Below the pieces are notes generated by a model that had not been told where the DNA came from, searched no databases, and saw nothing but the letters and a program-made list of their open reading frames with translations. 64,000 nt of DNA from an uncultured virus (IMG/VR IMGVR_UViG_3300026522_000616) (taxonomy: Duplodnaviria; Heunggongvirae; Uroviricota; Caudoviricetes): IMG/VR virus record IMGVR_UViG_3300026522_000616. One strand, written 5' to 3'. The position numbers and the translations under genes are program-made. This document shows, piece after piece, positions 60,028 to 64,000 of this stretch. How positions within the stretch are numbered: position 1 is the stretch's first letter; each line of letters starts with the position of its first letter.

Positions 60028-60434
60028 TGTTTCTAAGACCTGTACAATGTGATGCATATATCTTTTTTGGAATTTATACACATATTGGTGAATTGAGTCG
60101 TGTATTAGGACGTAATCATATGGATATGGATGCGTTTAAAACATATTTGGCTAATAAAGATATAACTCTTTTTAAAATTGGTGACAATGAAAGAGCAAAA
60201 GAATTTGTTATTGGGAAACAAATAGATTATTACAAAAATTTTATTGCTACTGAAATTTTGTTTAATCCTGATAATTCCATTCAATGTTTAAGACATATGA
60301 ATGGTGAAATGCCAAAAATTAAATTACCTAAAGAAAAAGAATTGGAGATTAATAGAAATTTACTTCAATTGGGATTTTTTGCAAATGCTCGATATTATTT
60401 CTTTCATTCATATAGTACGCATTTAATAAAATAA
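60027..60434 (+). CDS. Hypothetical protein
   Basis: Translationally coupled between sbcD and sbcC. Confidence 0.65.
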   Translation: MFLRPVQCDAYIFFGIYTHIGELSRVLGRNHMDMDAFKTYLANKDITLFKIGDNERAKEFVIGKQIDYYKNFIATEILFNPDNSIQCLRHMNGEMPKIKLPKEKELEINRNLLQLGFFANARYYFFHSYSTHLIK

Positions 60435-60444
60435 GGAGTATTCT

Positions 60445-62505
60445 ATGTTACCAAAATATCTAAAAGTAAAAGGTTTTCGTAGTTATATAGATACAGAAAT
60501 TAATTTTGAAAGTTTTGGAAATACATTTGTTGTTTTAGGTGAAAATGGAGCAGGTAAAAGTTCAATTATTGAAATGATTACAACTGCTTTGTATTGGGTT
60601 AATTCTTGTACTGATAGTAAAGGTGCAGGAATGGATAATTGTATTAATTCTGATTGTGACCATTTTGAAATCGAATTTTGTTTTGTAATGAACGGAATTA
60701 CATACATTATAAAAACAATCAAATATCGAAATGAAGCTAGGGAACTAGAATTTTATATTGATGGTGTAAATCAATCAGAAAAAGTTACTGAAACTCAACA
60801 AAAAATCAATGATGTGTTAAAAATGAATTATGATACTTTTCTTGATACGGTTTGTATTGGACAAGGTAAATCTAGTAGATTTATGAGTAAAAAACCTGCT
60901 GAAAGAAAAGAAACATTAATGCAAATTTTGGATGTTCAAAAATATGAAAAATATGAACGAATTGCAAAAGAAAAAAAGAAAGAAATTAAAAATCAAATAG
61001 ATGATTTTGAAAAGAAAATTGAATTTATTTCTTCTACTGAAGATGGGAGAACAGAAAAAGAATTGTTGGAAGAAATAAAAGAGTATCAAAATCAAATTGA
61101 TATTATTTCAAATAATAATAAAATATTAAATATAGAGTTAGATAAAATTAAAAAAGAAAAGCTAGAGTATTTTACAAAAAAACAACAATATGATAATATT
61201 GAAAAAAATTATTTTTTAACAAAACGGAATTATGATACGTTAAAAAATAAATTAGAAGATTTAGACATACAGATTAAAAATAATAAGTATGAAAATGTCA
61301 ATTTTGATGATAAAATTGATAATTTGCGAAATCAATTAAATGATAAAAGAGAAGAAATTTCTAAATTAAAAGATGCTATATCTGATGAAAAATCTAAGAT
61401 AGCAGTATTACAATCGAAAAATGATGATATATTAGAACAGTATAATCGTTTAAAAAATTATGATAAAAGTATATGTGAATTATGTGGAAATGAAATTACT
61501 TTTGCGCATAAAAAAGAGCATTTACACAAATTAAAAAATATTTATGATGATAATGATAAAAAAATTGAATTAATTAATTCAAATATTCACAAATACAATC
61601 AAAATGGAAAAGAGATTGCTTCACAAGGGAAAGAATTAAATTCCGATTTAAAAATGATTCAACAGAAACAAAAAATGAATTTGCAATATAAATCAGAATT
61701 AGATTATTTAAATAAATCTAAAAATGATATAAAGGAACAAATTGTTTCATCAAAAGAACAATTTGAAATGGCAAATAAAATGTATTTATCAATAGAACAT
61801 TTAGAAGAAAAAAGTTTTAATGATGAAGAAATAGAAGAAAAAATAAATAATAATAATAATTTAATTTCTGATTATAATGCTAAAATTTCTTATGATAAAA
61901 CTATCATTGAAAATAAAAAGAAAAATAAAGATACTATAAAAAAATATAAAGAACAAATAAAGCAGTTAAAATTAGTTCATACAGATTATGGTAGTTTAGC
62001 TACTGCATTTGGAAAAACAGGAATACCTGCTTCTATTATTGCGCATGATATTCCTGAAATGGAAATAGAAACAAATAAAATTTTAAAAATTTTATCAAAT
62101 GATACAATGTCTATACAGTTTATTACTTCAAAGAAAACTGCCATAACTAAGAAAACAGTTGATACATTAGAAATTGTTGTTAATGATATGAATGGTTCTC
62201 GTTCATATGAAACATATAGTGGTGGCGAAAAATTCCGTATAGATTTTGCTTGTCATATTGGTATGGCTAAATTTTTAACTAAACGTGCAGGTGCAAGTAT
62301 AGATTTTCTTATTGTAGATGAAGGTTTGGGAAGTCAAGATGATTTTGCTAAACAAAAATTTATTGAGAGCATCCATAGTCTACAAGGGTTGTTTAAACAA
62401 ATTATGGTGATTACTCATATACAAGATTTGCAAAATGCTTTTGATAACCGTGTATTAATTGAGAAAACACCTATAAATGGTTCTACGGTTCAATTACTCA
62501 ATTAA
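60445..62505 (+). CDS. sbcC: SbcC/Rad50-like SMC ATPase
   Basis: GENGAGKSS, IGQG Q-loop, coiled coil with CELCG zinc hook, YSGGE, VDEGLG, ITH. Confidence 0.93.
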   Translation: MLPKYLKVKGFRSYIDTEINFESFGNTFVVLGENGAGKSSIIEMITTALYWVNSCTDSKGAGMDNCINSDCDHFEIEFCFVMNGITYIIKTIKYRNEARELEFYIDGVNQSEKVTETQQKINDVLKMNYDTFLDTVCIGQGKSSRFMSKKPAERKETLMQILDVQKYEKYERIAKEKKKEIKNQIDDFEKKIEFISSTEDGRTEKELLEEIKEYQNQIDIISNNNKILNIELDKIKKEKLEYFTKKQQYDNIEKNYFLTKRNYDTLKNKLEDLDIQIKNNKYENVNFDDKIDNLRNQLNDKREEISKLKDAISDEKSKIAVLQSKNDDILEQYNRLKNYDKSICELCGNEITFAHKKEHLHKLKNIYDDNDKKIELINSNIHKYNQNGKEIASQGKELNSDLKMIQQKQKMNLQYKSELDYLNKSKNDIKEQIVSSKEQFEMANKMYLSIEHLEEKSFNDEEIEEKINNNNNLISDYNAKISYDKTIIENKKKNKDTIKKYKEQIKQLKLVHTDYGSLATAFGKTGIPASIIAHDIPEMEIETNKILKILSNDTMSIQFITSKKTAITKKTVDTLEIVVNDMNGSRSYETYSGGEKFRIDFACHIGMAKFLTKRAGASIDFLIVDEGLGSQDDFAKQKFIESIHSLQGLFKQIMVITHIQDLQNAFDNRVLIEKTPINGSTVQLLN

Positions 62506-62510
62506 AAGCA

Positions 62511-62539
62511 TTGACAGATATAACAAAATATGATATTAT
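62511..62539 (+). promoter_or_regulatory. sigmaA-like promoter
   Basis: TTGACA-N17-TATTAT with extended TG. Confidence 0.65.
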
Positions 62540-62565
62540 GGTATAAAATGAAAGGAGTAGATAAA

Positions 62566-63258
62566 ATGGAATTGAAAGATGAAGATTTAGAATTTATGTC
62601 TTTTGACGAAGATAAGCCAAAGAAAAAAATAAAACACAAAACGTCTACAGATGATTCATTTAATGAAACGTTGGACAAATTAGATGAAGAATATGGAGAT
62701 AAGAATTGTAGTTTTGTTGATGTAGAAAATATTGGTAAGACAATGCTTTCTGTATTACCTAAATTAGATTTTGAAAAGTATCGAAAAGAAATGAATAAAA
62801 TGCACGTAGATGTATATGAAAATCCAACAACTTTTCAGATTACAGAATCTATGGCAAAAGTACAACAGTATAAAAATCGTTTATCTGAAATTATGATTAT
62901 GGTAGAACACGAATATATGACAAGAAAACGTGTTAATGATATTTTGTTTGATGCTAATCAAGCGGTTTCTAAACAGAGTTCTGCTGATAAACGACGTGGT
63001 GAAGCTACATTACGTTTTCCTGTATTACTTTTGAAATTGAGTAATATTGAATCGTTTCGATATGAAGTAACAAATGTAATGAATAATATGAGAAGTATTG
63101 GTGATACTATTTCACGACAGGCTTCTGTTATGCAAATGCAGATTACATTGGGCGAATATCGTAAAAAAATGCCCAGTGAATTTAACAAGACTTCCGAAGG
63201 AGAAGAACCATTGGATTATAAATCTGGTGCTCCTGAATTAACGTGGGAAAATGTATAA
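62566..63258 (+). CDS. Hypothetical coiled-coil protein
   Basis: ATG after AAGGAG; helical sequence. Confidence 0.65.
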   Translation: MELKDEDLEFMSFDEDKPKKKIKHKTSTDDSFNETLDKLDEEYGDKNCSFVDVENIGKTMLSVLPKLDFEKYRKEMNKMHVDVYENPTTFQITESMAKVQQYKNRLSEIMIMVEHEYMTRKRVNDILFDANQAVSKQSSADKRRGEATLRFPVLLLKLSNIESFRYEVTNVMNNMRSIGDTISRQASVMQMQITLGEYRKKMPSEFNKTSEGEEPLDYKSGAPELTWENV

Positions 63259-63334
63259 ATTTTAATATAATTTTAATGCCATATTATACCAATGTGGCAT
63301 TTTTTATGTTATAATATAAAAAGGTAGGTGATAA

Positions 63335-64000
63335 ATGATGGCAAAAAAGCAGATTACCATAAAGGATTTTATGGAAAGTAGATTTTTATATGATGCTATG
63401 ACAAAAGCCATTGCTCGTGCTAAAGGTTATCGTCTTAGTGCAACAGAATATTACCCATTGTCTGCTGAATTATATAAATTATCCGAGGATTACAAAACAA
63501 AAAAGGATTTAATTATTGCTTCTCAAACCACAAATGTTGTTGATTTGGGAAATGGTTGGATTGGGTTGCTTTATAAAAAAGGTAAAAAAACAGACATTTG
63601 TATTAATCCATTAACAACAAATGGTATTGAAGATATTACTATTGACTTTGTAACAGATAGATTGCAAGAAAAGGATGAATATGACCAATTTATCCATGAC
63701 CATTTCAACCAAGAAGTTCTTGCAAAATATAAAAATGATGTGTTACGTAAAGCAGATGAATATCTTTTTCAATTTTTTCAATATGATGATAAAATCAACA
63801 AAAATGGAACACAGTATTTTTTGACATTACATTGTATTACTCGTTGGGATGAACGAATTAATAATGGTAATGGAAAAATTGATGCTAATAAACGTAAGGA
63901 CATTGTTAAAGATATTGTAAAATCTTTCGTCCAATCAAAATTAGTTTATTATAAAGAAGAAACAGGTAGTTATTATTATCTGAATTATGAAGATTTAATT
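63335..64000 (+). CDS. Hypothetical protein, runs off window end
   Basis: Open from ATG 63335 (MMAKKQITIKDFMESRFLYDAM...) to the end; RBS AGGTAGGTG. Confidence 0.7.
   Translation, partial: MMAKKQITIKDFMESRFLYDAMTKAIARAKGYRLSATEYYPLSAELYKLSEDYKTKKDLIIASQTTNVVDLGNGWIGLLYKKGKKTDICINPLTTNGIEDITIDFVTDRLQEKDEYDQFIHDHFNQEVLAKYKNDVLRKADEYLFQFFQYDDKINKNGTQYFLTLHCITRWDERINNGNGKIDANKRKDIVKDIVKSFVQSKLVYYKEETGSYYYLNYEDLI

Noticed and set aside
1..64000. tRNA or rRNA genes
   Set aside because: No cloverleaf or rRNA-like GC-rich segment recognised by eye; tRNAscan-SE would be needed to exclude them

Overview
AT-rich segment of what looks like a large (jumbo-type) tailed phage genome, probably infecting a Firmicutes host (inference from sigmaA-type promoters, GGAG/GGTG RBSs and 3D/FIVAR/GLUG modules). 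It mixes replication/repair genes (gyrB 3' end, gyrA, clpX, recJ, DHH phosphoesterase, ruvC, sbcD/sbcC), a sigma factor, a large block of tail/receptor-binding-like genes (six tandem GLUG-like paralogues) and cell-wall enzymes. Two systems stand out. (1) DnaE is encoded in four pieces. Two separately promoted genes 6.4 kb apart carry the halves of a naturally split intein inserted in the GRG|SGAGS motif, and the second gene is further interrupted by two ORF-less group I introns. A third group I intron interrupts gyrB. (2) An intact IS607 (tnpA-tnpB) is accompanied 32 kb away by a 204-bp stand-alone copy of only its omega-RNA/right-end region. This copy shows compensatory base-pair changes, has a different guide, and sits exactly between the -35 and -10 boxes of an otherwise perfect promoter. 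All calls come from reading the sequence; no database searches were run.
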